Shown: positions 39,179 to 51,600 of the stretch, piece by piece | Position numbering within the stretch: the first letter of the stretch is position 1 | Layout: each line of letters starts with the position of its first letter | Assembly (NCBI GenBank): GCA_947571605.1 | Contig: CANOYV010000003.1 | Span: 3,976 to 67,975 of the forward strand | Direction: 5' to 3' | Origin: an uncultured bacterium | GTDB taxonomy: Bacteria; Bacillota; Clostridia; Oscillospirales; Oscillospiraceae | DNA: 64,000 bases | Made by a program: the position numbers and the translations under genes | Notes under the pieces: generated by a model | The model's database searches: none | What the model saw: the letters and a program-made list of their open reading frames with translations, nothing else | Told to the model about the DNA's origin: nothing

Positions 39179-39934
39179 TTACGCCTGGACAGCGCCGTCC
39201 AGGGAGATCCGGTCGGCGATCATGGCGATGAACTCGCTGTTGGTGGGTTTGCCCTTGGCGTTGGAGACGGTGTAGCCGAAATACTTTTGCAGCGTCTCCA
39301 GGTCGCCCCGGTCCCAGGCCACCTCGATGGCGTGGCGGATGGCCCGCTCCACCCGGCTGGCGGTGGTGCCGAATTTCTTGGCCACCGCCGGGTACAATAC
39401 CTTGGTCACGGCGTTAATGATCTCCATATCCGTCACAGCCAGGCCGATGGCCTCCCGCAGGTATTGGTAGCCCTTGATATGCGCGGGAACCCCAATCTCG
39501 TGAATGATGGCGGTGATCTGGCGCTCCAGGTCCCGGGGCTTGCTCTCCTCCTGGAGCTGGTTGGACGCGCCGTTGACCAGCGACCGGGCGCGATCGATCA
39601 CCGCCTGGCCCCGGCAGGGTTTCAACATACAGTAATCACCGCCCAGGGCAATGACCTGCTCCGCCACCGCCGGATTGTTGAACGCGGACAGCACCAACAT
39701 ACGGGGCCGATCCTCTTCCAGCCTCTCCAGCACCTCCAGGCCGTCCATCCCCGCCAGCATCAGATCCATAATGACGATGTCCGGCCTGTGGCGCGAAACC
39801 AGCTCCAACAGCTCCTCACCGCTGCCCGTTTGGGCGCAGACCGACAGATCCGGCTCCTGCTGGATCATATCAGCCAGCATTTGACGGAATTCCTCTGAAG
39901 CGTCCGCCAGCACGATCTTCTTCTTCTCGCTCAT
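39179..39934 (-). CDS. spo0A: Sporulation master regulator Spo0A
   Basis: Receiver domain plus [49 protein letters not shown]. Confidence 0.97.
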   Translation of the reverse strand: MSEKKKIVLADASEEFRQMLADMIQQEPDLSVCAQTGSGEELLELVSRHRPDIVIMDLMLAGMDGLEVLERLEEDRPRMLVLSAFNNPAVAEQVIALGGDYCMLKPCRGQAVIDRARSLVNGASNQLQEESKPRDLERQITAIIHEIGVPAHIKGYQYLREAIGLAVTDMEIINAVTKVLYPAVAKKFGTTASRVERAIRHAIEVAWDRGDLETLQKYFGYTVSNAKGKPTNSEFIAMIADRISLDGAVQA

Positions 39935-40064
39935 ATCCATGTTCCTTTCCGGTCCGTGACCTGAGGTATTGAATTACCATTTTTTCCAATTTTTGGCACA
40001 TCCTTAAAATACCACAGATTCCCCCAGTTGGCAAGGAATTTTTGCACGTTTTTTCAAAGTTTTC

Positions 40065-40083
40065 TTCGACATCCACTGTCGAA
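40065..40083. promoter_or_regulatory. Inverted pair of consensus 0A boxes upstream of spo0A
   Basis: TTCGACA-N5-TGTCGAA (consensus TGNCGAA). Confidence 0.75.
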
Positions 40084-40129
40084 ATCCGGTCACAGTCCGG
40101 TTTTGGAATCAAAAAATTGGAAATTACAT

Positions 40130-41173
40130 CTAGTATTCACATTGTTGGAGCATCCGCCCCACCCAAATGCCGTAACCGCTGGCAGGGTCGTCAATGAGAA
40201 CGTGGGTCACCGCACCGACAATCTTCCCGTTTTGCAGAATGGGGCTCCCGCTCATTCCCTGGACAATGCCGCCGGTGGCCTCCAGCAGCCGGGGATCGGT
40301 CACCTTAATGAGGTAATCCCGGCAGTCCTCGGCGCTCTCCGGGAACACCTTCTCGATCCGCACGGCATACTCCTCCACCTGGTCTTGGTCGATGTTGCAC
40401 AGGATGGAGGCGTCTCCAGCCTCCACCTCGTCCCGCTGCGCCACCTCAACCGGTGTGCCCTCCACCCAGCCGCTGTCCGCCATCACGCCGAACACGCCGC
40501 CGCTGGTGTTAGCGTGGAGCAGGCCCAGGGTGGAACTGGTGTCAAAGACGCCCTTGAGCTGTCCGGGGTCCCCCTTCACGCCTTTCTCCACCCCCGCCAC
40601 GCTGGCGGGCAGGATGGAACCGCTCTCCAAGGGCATGAGCAGGGCGGTATCCACGTCGTTGATGCCGTGGCCCAGCGCGCCGAAGGCCCCGGTGTCAGGG
40701 CAGTAGAAGGTCACTGTGCCAATGCCCGCCATGGAATCCCGGATCCACGCCCCCAGCTTATAGGCCCCGTCGGCGGAACACAGCGCCGCCGTGGCGGTGA
40801 GCTGCACCTGCTTGTCGTCCCGGATGGCCCGGATGCTCATGGTCTCCCCCTCCAGCTCCTGGAGCAGGGCGGAGACCTCTTCAATGGTGTCCACCTCGGT
40901 GGCATTGATGTGGGTGATGATGTCACCCTCTTTCAGGCCGCAGTCTTTGGCCGGGTTCACGTTGCCCTCTTCGGTGGCGATATCGGAGGTGCCCACCACC
41001 ACCACGCCGTCGGAAAAGAGCTTGATGCCCACCGCCCTGCCCACCGGGATCACCGCGGGCGCACTGGCCCAGGCCGTGGCGGGCCACATGGTCAGCATCG
41101 CCGCCAGCAGCAATCCCAGCCCCCGCAGGACCGCCGCCCCCATAAATGGTCTGGCTTCTTCATTCAAATCCAT
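40130..41173 (-). CDS. spoIVB: SpoIVB peptidase
   Basis: PDZ domain, GAWIRDSMAGIGTVTF, FGALGHGIND, GGIVQGMSGSPILQNGKIVGAVTHV. Confidence 0.95.
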   Translation of the reverse strand: MDLNEEARPFMGAAVLRGLGLLLAAMLTMWPATAWASAPAVIPVGRAVGIKLFSDGVVVVGTSDIATEEGNVNPAKDCGLKEGDIITHINATEVDTIEEVSALLQELEGETMSIRAIRDDKQVQLTATAALCSADGAYKLGAWIRDSMAGIGTVTFYCPDTGAFGALGHGINDVDTALLMPLESGSILPASVAGVEKGVKGDPGQLKGVFDTSSTLGLLHANTSGGVFGVMADSGWVEGTPVEVAQRDEVEAGDASILCNIDQDQVEEYAVRIEKVFPESAEDCRDYLIKVTDPRLLEATGGIVQGMSGSPILQNGKIVGAVTHVLIDDPASGYGIWVGRMLQQCEY

Positions 41174-41195
41174 TCACCGCCTTCTTGAAACTGGC

Positions 41196-41223
41196 AGGTA
41201 TCCGGGCGGCTGCGGAAATATGC
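41196..41223 (-). promoter_or_regulatory. Possible SigF/SigG-type promoter of spoIVB
   Basis: GCATA-N15-GGATACCT. Confidence 0.4.
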
Positions 41224-41481
41224 TCCGCAAACGCCCCAACGCCCGCTTTGTTAATATGGCGTCAGAAACGGATTTTCACCGTGGCAAAGTAAGGCGGGTT
41301 TGACAGGGCCCGGGAGCGGGGATATTGAACCGCAAGGCATTCCGGTTTTAATCCTGGAAAACGCCGGATTTTCTGGTTAAATTTGGACAAAATTCGACAA
41401 ACTCCGCAGAAAAAAAGGGACAATTTCAAACATAGTCTGCCCTGTCAGCCTCATACCTTGTATCAAAAGCGAGGTGTGACT

Positions 41482-42006
41482 ATGGAAAAATCGACCAAAA
41501 AGCTAATCCTGTCTTATTTGACTGCCGCAGCGGCAGGAATCGTACTCCACTTTCTGTTCCACTGGTTTCCCAACCCGGCGCTGGCGCTGATCTCCCCGGT
41601 CCGGGAGAGCGTCTGGGAGCACGTAAAGCTGCTGTACTTTCCCCTGCTGGCCGTCTCCCTGCTGATGGGGCGGGGAGGAAACGGCGCCGGCCGCACGCCC
41701 TGGCTGCTGAGTATCGTGGTAGTTTGCGCCGCCATGTTGACGGCGGGGTATCTCTACCACATCACCCTCCGGGGTGAGAGCCTGTACATGGACCTGGCGC
41801 TGTACTTCGTGCTGCTGGCGGTGGGGTTCCTGCTGCCTCGAATGCTGTGGCCGCTGTGCGAGTGGCCGGGGACGGACAAGGCGGCGGTGGGGCTCGCCGC
41901 CCTGCTGGGGGCGCTGATCGTGTGGTTTACTTTCTTCCCGCCCATGGCCGCGCTGTTTGCCGATCTCAGCGGCGCAGTAAGGACGTTTTTGACGATTCCG
42001 GTGTAG
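41482..42006 (+). CDS. Conserved membrane protein (DUF6512-like)
   Basis: LHFLFHWF, PVRESVWEHVKL motif; multiple TMs. Confidence 0.7.
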   Translation: MEKSTKKLILSYLTAAAAGIVLHFLFHWFPNPALALISPVRESVWEHVKLLYFPLLAVSLLMGRGGNGAGRTPWLLSIVVVCAAMLTAGYLYHITLRGESLYMDLALYFVLLAVGFLLPRMLWPLCEWPGTDKAAVGLAALLGALIVWFTFFPPMAALFADLSGAVRTFLTIPV

Positions 42007-42167
42007 ATCACGTGTGCCAAGAGGGCCAGTGCCCTTTCTTTTTAGGGACGGCTGCCCGCTCCGGAAGAAAGGGTACAGTCCCTCCCCATGCTGCGTTTCC
42101 GCTTCAGCCACCTCCCAAACAGAACGGGGACCGCTCCTCTCAGCCGGGAAGCCCTCCCTGAACCGCG

Positions 42168-43424
42168 TTACCGCACCTGCCCCGTTCCCTTGACAACATA
42201 TTTGTAACTGCACAGCTCCGCCAGGCCCATGGGTCCCCGGGCGTGGAGCCGCTGGGTGGAGATGCCCATCTCGCACCCCAGGCCGAACACGCCTCCATCT
42301 GTGAACCGGGTGGAGGCATTCCAATACACGGCGGCGGAGTCCACCATGGCAGTGAAACGGCGGGCGGCGTCCTCATTTGCGGTGACAATGGCCTCGGAGT
42401 GGCCGGTGGAGTGGGCGGCGATGTGGGTGGCGGCCTCGTCCACGCCGTCCACCACCTTGACCGCCAGGATATAGTCCAAAAACTCGGTGTCGAAGTCCTC
42501 CGGCCCGGCGGGAACGCCGTCGATGATGGCCGCAGCCCGCTCGTCCAGCCGCAGTTCCACCGGGGCCATGCCCCGGATGGCCCGCTGGTCCACCAAGAGG
42601 TCCTTCAGCCGGGGCAGGAACACCCCGGCAAAGTCCCGATGCACCAGGCACACCTCGGCGGCGTTGCACACGCTGGGCCGGGAACACTTGGCGTTCTCTA
42701 CGATGCTGAGCGCCATATTCAGGTCCGCGTCCTTGTCCACGTAGACGTGGCAGATGCCGGTCCCCGTCTCGATCACCGGGACGGTGGCATTGTCCACACA
42801 GGCCCGGATCAGCCCCGCACCCCCCCGGGGGATCAGCAGGTCAACCAGTCCACTGGCGGTCATCAGTTCGTTGGCGGACTGCCGGGTGGTGTCCTCCACC
42901 AGGCCCAGCGCGTCCTGGGGCAGCCCGGCGGCGGCCAGCCCCTGCCGCAGCGCGTCCACAATGGCGGCGGCGGAGCGGTGGGCCTCCTTGCCGCAGCGCA
43001 GCACGCAGGCGGAGCCCGCCTTCAGCGCCAGCGCCGCCGCGTCGGAGGTGACGTTGGGGCGGCTCTCATAGATGATGGCCACCACACCCATGGGTATGGC
43101 GGTCCTTTCAATGACCAGCCCATTGGGCTGCTCCTCCCGGCGGAGCACCAGTCCCACCGGATCGGGCAGCGCCGCCACCTTCCGCACGCCGTCCGCCATG
43201 TCGGCGATGCGCTCAGGGCTGAGAGCCAGGCGGTCCAGCATCACGTCGGACACAGTGCCCCTGGCCGCCTCCATATCCGTTGCGTTGGCGGTCAGAATGG
43301 ACGGGGCGCGCTTCTCCAGCGCCATGGCCATGGCCACCAGGGCAGTATTTTTTATGTCGGAGGTGGCCAGCGCCATGGCGCGCTTGGCGTTTTTCGCATG
43401 TTGGAGCAACTCTAATGTTGTCAC
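42168..43424 (-). CDS. proA: Gamma-glutamyl phosphate reductase
   Basis: [45 protein letters not shown]. Confidence 0.95.
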   Translation of the reverse strand: MTTLELLQHAKNAKRAMALATSDIKNTALVAMAMALEKRAPSILTANATDMEAARGTVSDVMLDRLALSPERIADMADGVRKVAALPDPVGLVLRREEQPNGLVIERTAIPMGVVAIIYESRPNVTSDAAALALKAGSACVLRCGKEAHRSAAAIVDALRQGLAAAGLPQDALGLVEDTTRQSANELMTASGLVDLLIPRGGAGLIRACVDNATVPVIETGTGICHVYVDKDADLNMALSIVENAKCSRPSVCNAAEVCLVHRDFAGVFLPRLKDLLVDQRAIRGMAPVELRLDERAAAIIDGVPAGPEDFDTEFLDYILAVKVVDGVDEAATHIAAHSTGHSEAIVTANEDAARRFTAMVDSAAVYWNASTRFTDGGVFGLGCEMGISTQRLHARGPMGLAELCSYKYVVKGTGQVR

Positions 43425-44209
43425 TGGCCCTCTCTCCTTCCAATAAAGCGGGTGCCGGTGTGCTTCCCCGCAACAATACCGTACAAATGCTCGGGCTTCT
43501 GTCCGTTGGCGATTACCATGTCGCAACCGCAGGCCATAACAATCTCCGCCGCTTTCAATTTGGTGGCCATTCCCCCGGTGCCCAGGGCGGAGCCCGGAGC
43601 CCCTGCCAGGGTTTTCAGCGACCGGGTGATCTCCCGCACCTCGGGGATGAGGACGGCGTCCGCATCCTTCCTGGGGTCGGCGGTGTAAAGCCCGTCAATG
43701 TCGCTGAGCAAAATGAGCAGGTCCGCCCCCACGCACTCCGCCACAATGGCGGACAGGGTGTCGTTTTCCCCGATGGTGGTGGACACGCCCACCTCGTCGG
43801 TGGCCACCGCGTCGTTCTCATTGACGATGGGCAGGGCGTTGAGCTCCAGCAGGCGGTCCATGGCGTTGACGAAGTTCTGCCGCCGCCGGGGGAAGTTCAC
43901 ATCCTCCGCCGTCAGCAAAAGCTGGGCTACAGTGTGATTATAGCCTGCGAACAGCTTGTCGTAGGTATACATCAGCTCGCACTGGCCCACGGCGGCGGCG
44001 GCCTGCTTGGTGGGCATATCCGCCGGGCGGCCGGGGAGGTTCAGCTTGCCCACCCCCATGCCGATGGCCCCGGAGGATACCAGGATAAGCTGATGCCCCG
44101 CGTTTTTCAAGTCGGACAATACCTTCACCAGCTCCTCCACCCGGCGGATGTTCAGCCGCCCGGTGGCGTGGGCCAGGGTGGAAGTGCCCACTTTGACCAC
44201 GATTTTCAT
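43421..44209 (-). CDS. proB: Glutamate 5-kinase (no PUA domain)
   Basis: [33 protein letters not shown]. Confidence 0.95.
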   Translation of the reverse strand: MKIVVKVGTSTLAHATGRLNIRRVEELVKVLSDLKNAGHQLILVSSGAIGMGVGKLNLPGRPADMPTKQAAAAVGQCELMYTYDKLFAGYNHTVAQLLLTAEDVNFPRRRQNFVNAMDRLLELNALPIVNENDAVATDEVGVSTTIGENDTLSAIVAECVGADLLILLSDIDGLYTADPRKDADAVLIPEVREITRSLKTLAGAPGSALGTGGMATKLKAAEIVMACGCDMVIANGQKPEHLYGIVAGKHTGTRFIGRREGQ

Positions 44210-44371
44210 AGTCGTTCCCTCTCTGTCTCATATTTTGCCCATTATATCACACTAAAGCGGAAAAAGGAAGCCCACATCGGGTGCGCTACGCAAGAAAGCG
44301 CACCAATATCTGGAGGCAATGGCGCTCGCGCGATTGCCTCAGCATTATCAAGCTCCCTATCAAGTTAAAAT

Positions 44372-44812
44372 TTAATTGGACTTTTGCAAAATGCGGTGGT
44401 AATCAAAAAGAATATTTTCTAATGTAATGCTTTTCAGACTTTCACATAAGTCTTTCCCAATTTTCTGATAAGAACAGCCCAATACGTCATAAATATTTTT
44501 TCCCACAGGGCATAACGGCGAAGGTAACGGGTGTACGCCGATGAGTTTAGAAGCAAAGTCCGGTTCGATCGCCTTGCATACGCGGTATAAGGTGACTTCG
44601 CTTAGCGGGCAGTCCAGCGTTGCGCCCCCCGTCCCGGGCCTCACAGATATGATCCCGTCTTTTTTGAGACCACTGATAATCGTCCGGATTGTGACCGAAT
44701 TGGTTCCGGTTGATAACGATAAAAGGTCACTGGTTACCTTCCGTTTCTCCCCATATTCATAAATAAAAATCAGGCAATGGATGGCAACAGAGCATTTTGT
44801 GCTGATATGCAT
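44372..44812 (-). CDS. Rrf2-family transcriptional regulator
   Basis: MHISTKCSVAIHCL, GTGGATL, CPVGKNI. Confidence 0.85.
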   Translation of the reverse strand: MHISTKCSVAIHCLIFIYEYGEKRKVTSDLLSLSTGTNSVTIRTIISGLKKDGIISVRPGTGGATLDCPLSEVTLYRVCKAIEPDFASKLIGVHPLPSPLCPVGKNIYDVLGCSYQKIGKDLCESLKSITLENILFDYHRILQKSN

Positions 44813-44927
44813 ATCGCTCCTCCTTTTATAGCTCAAGTGTACCATATTTAAATGTCGCTGTAAATCTTGACATTATACTTTGCGCTTGCTATAATGATGT
44901 AAATTTAAAAATTACAGGAGGTCAACC

Positions 44928-45695
44928 ATGAACGTCACACAAATTACCTTTAGCCCCACCGGAGGAACTGCCCAAGTCGCGGAACTCATCACCAGATCCT
45001 GGGGGATGCCCGTCCATAAAATTGACTTATCCAACGCGCAAACCGCCGGTTCGTTCCTTAGCTTGGGAAAAGGAGATCTTGCGATCATTGCCATTCCCTC
45101 CTATGGGGGACGGGTTCCCGGTCTGGCCGCTCAAAGGATTTCAAATATCCACGGAAACCAGACTCCGTGCGTCCTGGTCTGCGTGTATGGCAACCGGGCG
45201 TACGAAGATACCCTGGTTGAATTGAACGACATTGCGGAAAAGGGCGGTTTTAAGGTCATCGCCGCTATTGCCGCCATCGCGGAGCATTCTATCATCCATC
45301 AGTATGCGACAGGCAGACCCGACACAAAAGACGAAAGCGAGTTAACCTATTTCTCCCAAAAAATTTTAGATAAAATAAACGGCAGCCTCGCCCAGCTTAC
45401 AACGCCGCAAGTACCGGGAAACCGCCCCTATAAAAAAGCGTCCGGAGCCGGTTTGGTGCCGAAAGCAAACGGCGACTGCACAAGCTGCGGCCTTTGTGCC
45501 GAACAGTGTCCCGCAAAGGCGATAAGCCCGGAAAACTTGAAAGTTGCAGACAGCAAAAAGTGCATTTCATGTATGCGCTGTGTGGTAAAATGCCCGCAAT
45601 CCGCCCGCCACGTAAATCAAGCCATGGTTACCGCCGCAGCTTTGGCGCTGAAAAAAGCCTGTTCCACCAGAAAAGAAAACGAATTATTTATTTAA
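44928..45695 (+). CDS. Flavodoxin-like plus 4Fe-4S dicluster protein
   Basis: FSPTGGT flavodoxin motif and two CxxCxxCxxxCP motifs. Confidence 0.85.
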   Translation: MNVTQITFSPTGGTAQVAELITRSWGMPVHKIDLSNAQTAGSFLSLGKGDLAIIAIPSYGGRVPGLAAQRISNIHGNQTPCVLVCVYGNRAYEDTLVELNDIAEKGGFKVIAAIAAIAEHSIIHQYATGRPDTKDESELTYFSQKILDKINGSLAQLTTPQVPGNRPYKKASGAGLVPKANGDCTSCGLCAEQCPAKAISPENLKVADSKKCISCMRCVVKCPQSARHVNQAMVTAAALALKKACSTRKENELFI

Positions 45696-45774
45696 ATCCC
45701 CGGAGTTTTTACAAGTTAGCCGAAGGCCGACACTTTTTTACAAAGTGCCGGCCTTCGGCTCTTTTCTCCCCTGT

Positions 45775-47037
<1,263 letters not shown>

Positions 47038-47047
47038 AGCTTCCTCT

Positions 47048-47728
47048 TTATTTGGTTAAAAATTCCAAAACTCTTTGGTTGAATGCCTTCGGGTTTTTGC
47101 CGGCGATAAAATGATCTCCCGGCAGGAAGGTGAGCTCCGCCCCGGGTATGCTTTGGGCGATGAGCCTGGTATGCTCCGCTTTGATCATATCCTTTGTCCC
47201 GGCAATCACCAGCGTTTTTGCCGTGATTTTGGACAGCTCCTCCGGGCGCACATTGGGGTCGCTCACCATAAGGCCAAGCAGTTCGGCATTGAATCTGGCC
47301 CGGTCACTTTTTCCCGAAAATTTCCGTGCAATTCGGTAGCCGATTTCAATGGGCATCTGCACCGTGCGCTTCACGCCCCCTGCGTCCAGATTGGCGCCGT
47401 TCAGAATCAGCCGGCCCACCCGCTGCGGATGGCGCATGGCAAACACCATGGCGATATTGCCGCCGTCGGAAAACCCCAGCAGATGGGTTTTGGGGATTTG
47501 ATGCTCGTCCAGAAACCCCAGCAGATCCTCCGCGAACTGGCGTATGGTAAACGGGAGTTCGCCCCTTGGGGTTTTGCCGTGTCCCCTGGTGTCCAGAGCG
47601 TACACATGATACCGGGCCGAAAACGCGTCCATCTGGCGCTGAAAGTATGCGCAGCTTTCCCCGTTGCCGTGGAGCAGGATCAGCGGATCGCCCTGTCCCT
47701 TTTCCACGTAAAAATGCTTGATATCCAT
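47048..47728 (-). CDS. Alpha/beta hydrolase
   Basis: LHGNG, DTRGHG, GFSDGG nucleophile elbow, GDHF. Confidence 0.85.
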   Translation of the reverse strand: MDIKHFYVEKGQGDPLILLHGNGESCAYFQRQMDAFSARYHVYALDTRGHGKTPRGELPFTIRQFAEDLLGFLDEHQIPKTHLLGFSDGGNIAMVFAMRHPQRVGRLILNGANLDAGGVKRTVQMPIEIGYRIARKFSGKSDRARFNAELLGLMVSDPNVRPEELSKITAKTLVIAGTKDMIKAEHTRLIAQSIPGAELTFLPGDHFIAGKNPKAFNQRVLEFLTK

Positions 47729-47759
47729 CAGGCCGATTGCCCCCTTGTCCTTCCGTGCC

Positions 47760-48263
47760 TTATACTTTTTTCAACGCCTCCACGATCTCCCCCCAGTACA
47801 TGGTGTGCCAGTCGCTGTTGGGATACCACTTCTCCTTCACATCCTCCGGCATGAGGGCGGGGTCCATGGGCACGACCATCCGCTTGCGGCACACCAGCAC
47901 CAGCTCCGCCTGCTCAAAATAGGGGGCGTTCCCGGCCCCGGCGGCCACGGTAAAGCCGCACTCCTTTACCTTGTCCATGTCCCGCCCGCTTTTAGCGCCG
48001 CACAGGCTCAACTGGGGACGGTATTGTTCCGGGAAGAAAGACAGGGTGAAATACTCGTTCCCATCCACAAACTCCTTGGTGTACCGCTGGGGGCGGATAT
48101 AGGCCGCAGCCATGGGCGCGCCCCACAGCACCCCCAGCCCGCCCCAGGAGGCGGTCATGGTGTTGCAGTGGTCCGGCGTTCCGGCGGTAATGAGCATCCA
48201 CTGACTGCCGATGGCGGCAAAGGGGTTGAGGTCCAGGGTTTTGGGATCGACTTTTTGAAACAT
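47760..48263 (-). CDS. Flavin reductase-like protein
   Basis: WMLITAG, NTMTASWGG, RPQRYT, HTMYWGEI. Confidence 0.82.
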   Translation of the reverse strand: MFQKVDPKTLDLNPFAAIGSQWMLITAGTPDHCNTMTASWGGLGVLWGAPMAAAYIRPQRYTKEFVDGNEYFTLSFFPEQYRPQLSLCGAKSGRDMDKVKECGFTVAAGAGNAPYFEQAELVLVCRKRMVVPMDPALMPEDVKEKWYPNSDWHTMYWGEIVEALKKV

Positions 48264-48365
48264 GGCGGAATACCTCCTGTTTTGATACGTTAGTATATGC
48301 AAGCGGGGCGAGAAAGAGAAAGACCCGCCGCAATTGCTTGCAACGGGTCTTTGAACTGACAGGTT

Positions 48366-48566
48366 TTAGCCCAAACCGAACTTCTTGTTGAAGCGGCTGA
48401 CGCGTCCGCCGGTATCCACCATCTTCTGCTTGCCGGTGTAGAAGGGGTGACACTTGGAGCAGACTTCCACCTTGATGTCCTTCTTGGTCGAGCCAGTCTC
48501 GATCACGTTGCCGCAGGCGCACGTAATGGTGGTCTGCTGATACTTGGGATGGATGCCTTCCTTCAC
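48366..48566 (-). CDS. rpmE: 50S ribosomal protein L31 (Zn-binding type)
   Basis: MKEGIHPKY...CACG...[10 protein letters not shown]. Confidence 0.96.
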   Translation of the reverse strand: MKEGIHPKYQQTTITCACGNVIETGSTKKDIKVEVCSKCHPFYTGKQKMVDTGGRVSRFNKKFGLG

Positions 48567-48633
48567 AGGGATTCACCTCTTTCTGTCGATCAAAAGTCCA
48601 GGAGCGCAAACTCTCCTTGTAAACGCAAAACGT

Positions 48634-48662
48634 ATCTTATCATGCCCACCGTCAAATTGCAA
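48634..48662 (-). promoter_or_regulatory. SigA promoter of rpmE
   Basis: TTGCAA-N17-TAAGAT. Confidence 0.5.
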
Positions 48663-48698
48663 GTGGTTTTTTAAAATTTCCGAATCTTTTCGCCGGGC

Positions 48699-51600
48699 TT
48701 ACAGCTCCACCTCGTGGCCCACGCCAAAAAACCACAGGCACCGGCGGCGCACCGTCACCTGCGCCGCCTGGGACAGAGCCCGGGTGTACGCGTCCAGTTG
48801 GGGGCGGTAGTCCTCGGCGCGGCTCTTCACGGTGTTCTCGCTCACCCGGTCGGTCTTGAAGTCCACCACCGTCACCGTGCCGTCCTCCTCCACAAACCAG
48901 CAGTCCACCACGCCCTGGAGGAGCACCTCCTCCCCCGGCTCCCCCCCGGGGTAGTAGTCCTCTGCGGGCGCCAGCAGGGAAAACTTGAACTCCCGCTCCA
49001 GCCGGCTGGAGCGGCGCAGGCGCAGCCCCAGATCAGAGCGGAAAAAGGCCAGGATATCCGCCGGGTTCACCGCCTCCCCCTGCCGGGGGGTAATGTACTG
49101 CCCGGCCACCAGGCGGGCAATCTCGTCCGAAATCTCCCGCAGATCATTGGTGTGGTCATAGTTCAGATACTGCATCACCATGTGCAGGGCGGTGCCCCGC
49201 TGGGCGGGGGTGAGGGGCCGTTCTCCCTCGAACACCGGAGGTTGCAGGCGGGTGGCCTGTGGGGGCGCGGGGCGCAACTCCACTCCGTCCTCCGCCGCCT
49301 CCGCGTCCTTTTCCCTCCCTTTGAGCTGGGTGGCGGTGAGCTTGGAGGCGATGGCTGCGGAAGCCGCGTGGGGATAGCGCCAGCTCAGCCGGTCCACCAG
49401 ATCTTCGGGCAGAGCGGCGGCGGGCGCTTCCGCCACCCCGCCCCCCGCGCCCTGGGGCCGCTCGAAGTCCGCTCCGGACAGCATATGCACATCCCAGGGA
49501 TAGCCCTCGTCCGCCGGGAAATCGGGCCGGGGGACGTCCAGCTCCGCCCAGAGGGGGGCGCTGTCCCTCCGGCACAGCACCGGGACAAGGACCCACTCCG
49601 CCATGGACCGGGCCGCCCCCATCTGACGGGGCGGCGGAGGGCATTGGGCCTGTCCCGCCAGCGCGGCCAAGCTCCCGCCCCGGCCGTTGACGGCGGTGAA
49701 CAGGATCAGCTTGTGCTCGGCGCGGGTCATGGCCACGTATAAAAGCCGCATCTCCTCCGCCCGGAGCTGCCGCCGCAGCGCCAGGGCCACCGCGTCCCGG
49801 GCAATGGTGGTGTACCGCAGCCCTCGCGCCCGGTCGGTGCGCTTGGGTCCCAGCCCCAGCTCCGGGTGGAACAGGATGGTGGACTTGGCGTCCGCCTCGT
49901 TGAACTGCCGGTCCAGCCCGCACACCAGCACCACCGGGAACTCCAGCCCCTTGGACTTGTGGATGGACAGGATGCGCACACCCCCCGCCTCGCTTTTCGG
50001 CACGGGGACGGGGACGCCGTTCTCCGCCATCCGGCTCAGGTGGAGCAGGAAGGCCATCAGCCCCCGGTGCCCGCCGCTCTCGAACCGGCACGCCTCGTCG
50101 TACAGGGCCATCAGGTTGGCCCGCCGCCGACCGCCGCCGGGCAGGGCGGCAAACAGGTTGGGCACGTCCAGCTTGCCGTAGATATACCACAGCAAGCGGT
50201 GGCTGCTCTCCTCCGCCGCCAGCTCCCGCAGCTCATCCAGGAGCGACAGAAAGGCCACACAGTCCTCCTCCCCCCGGTCCGCCCCGGCGGCAAGACAGTC
50301 GTACACTGTCCCCTCCCCCAACCCCCGGAGGCGGGCCAGCCGGTCCGGGGTGAAGTCGAACAGCGGGGAACGCAGCGCCGCCAACAGCGCCACGTCCTGC
50401 CGGGGGTTGTCCAACACCTGGAGCAAGGCGATTGCCACGGAAATCTCCGTGGTTCCAAAAAACTCCTGCCCGCCGTCGGCGGACCAGGGGACGCCCGCCT
50501 CGTCCAGGGCGGCGGCGTAGTGCCGCAGCACTGGCCCCGGCGAGCGCAGGAGAATGACGACATCCTCCGCCCGGACGGGGCGGTCCCCCACGGGCAGGCC
50601 GCTGTCCAGCAGCTCCCGGATGCGCCGCGCTGCGGTTCGGGCGGTGACCAGGTCCTTGTCCGTCTTTTCCTTCCCCTCATCGTCGGCCAGGGCGGACAGG
50701 TCCACGCAGTTCAGCTCCACCCGGTATCGCTCGTCCGGCGGCAGGTCCGCCCGCCCCGGCCGCAGGGCCTCGGCCTCGGTGTAGTCCAGCTCCCCGGCGG
50801 CGCGGGTCATCACGTTGCGGAAGATAAAGTTGACCCCGTCCAGCACCTCCGGACGGGAGCGGAAGTTGTCCGACAGCAGGATTTTCCGTCCCTGCCCCGG
50901 CTCGGCCCGCGCCGCCGGGGAAAAGCGCTCATACTTATCCAGGAAGATGCCCGGCTCCGCCAGTCGGAAGCGGTAGATGGACTGTTTTACATCGCCCACC
51001 ATAAACAGGTTGTCCCCCGCCGACAGCGCCCCGAAAATGGCGTTCTGCACCGCATTGGTGTCCTGGTACTCGTCCACCATGATCTCCCGGAACTGCTTCC
51101 CCACGTCCCGGGCCAGATCGGAGGGCGTTCCATCCGGGTTGGTGAGCAGCCGCGCCGCCAGGTGCTCCCCGTCGGCGAAGTCGATGAGATGGCGGCGCTG
51201 CTTCAGCCGGATAAACGCCCCGTCGAACTGGGCCGTCACCTCCAGCAGGGCGGTCATGGCCGGACCCACCGCCCGCAGGTCGTCCATAGCCTGCCCCGCC
51301 GTCACGTCGAACCGCTCCCCCAGCTTCTTGATCTGGGCCTTGCACTGGTCTCTCATGGTAGCCATCCGGGTTTTCAGCATCTCGTTAAACTCCCCCCGCT
51401 TCATCCCCGGCCGGGGGAAGGGGACAGGGAAGCAGGCCGCTGCGTCGTCCCAGCCCCCGTTCAGGGCGGCGCGGAGCTTTTCCAGACCGCCGATGGTCTC
51501 CTCCAGAGTGGGGCCGTAATTTTTGTCCAGCAGATTGTCCCAGGCGATTTCGTTTCGCAGGGCGGTCATGGCCTCCAGCCAGTAATCCGCCAGTTCAAGG

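Noticed and set aside
44372-45695. Lower-GC Rrf2/flavodoxin pair as a mobile element
   Set aside because: No recombinase, terminal repeats or target duplication seen.
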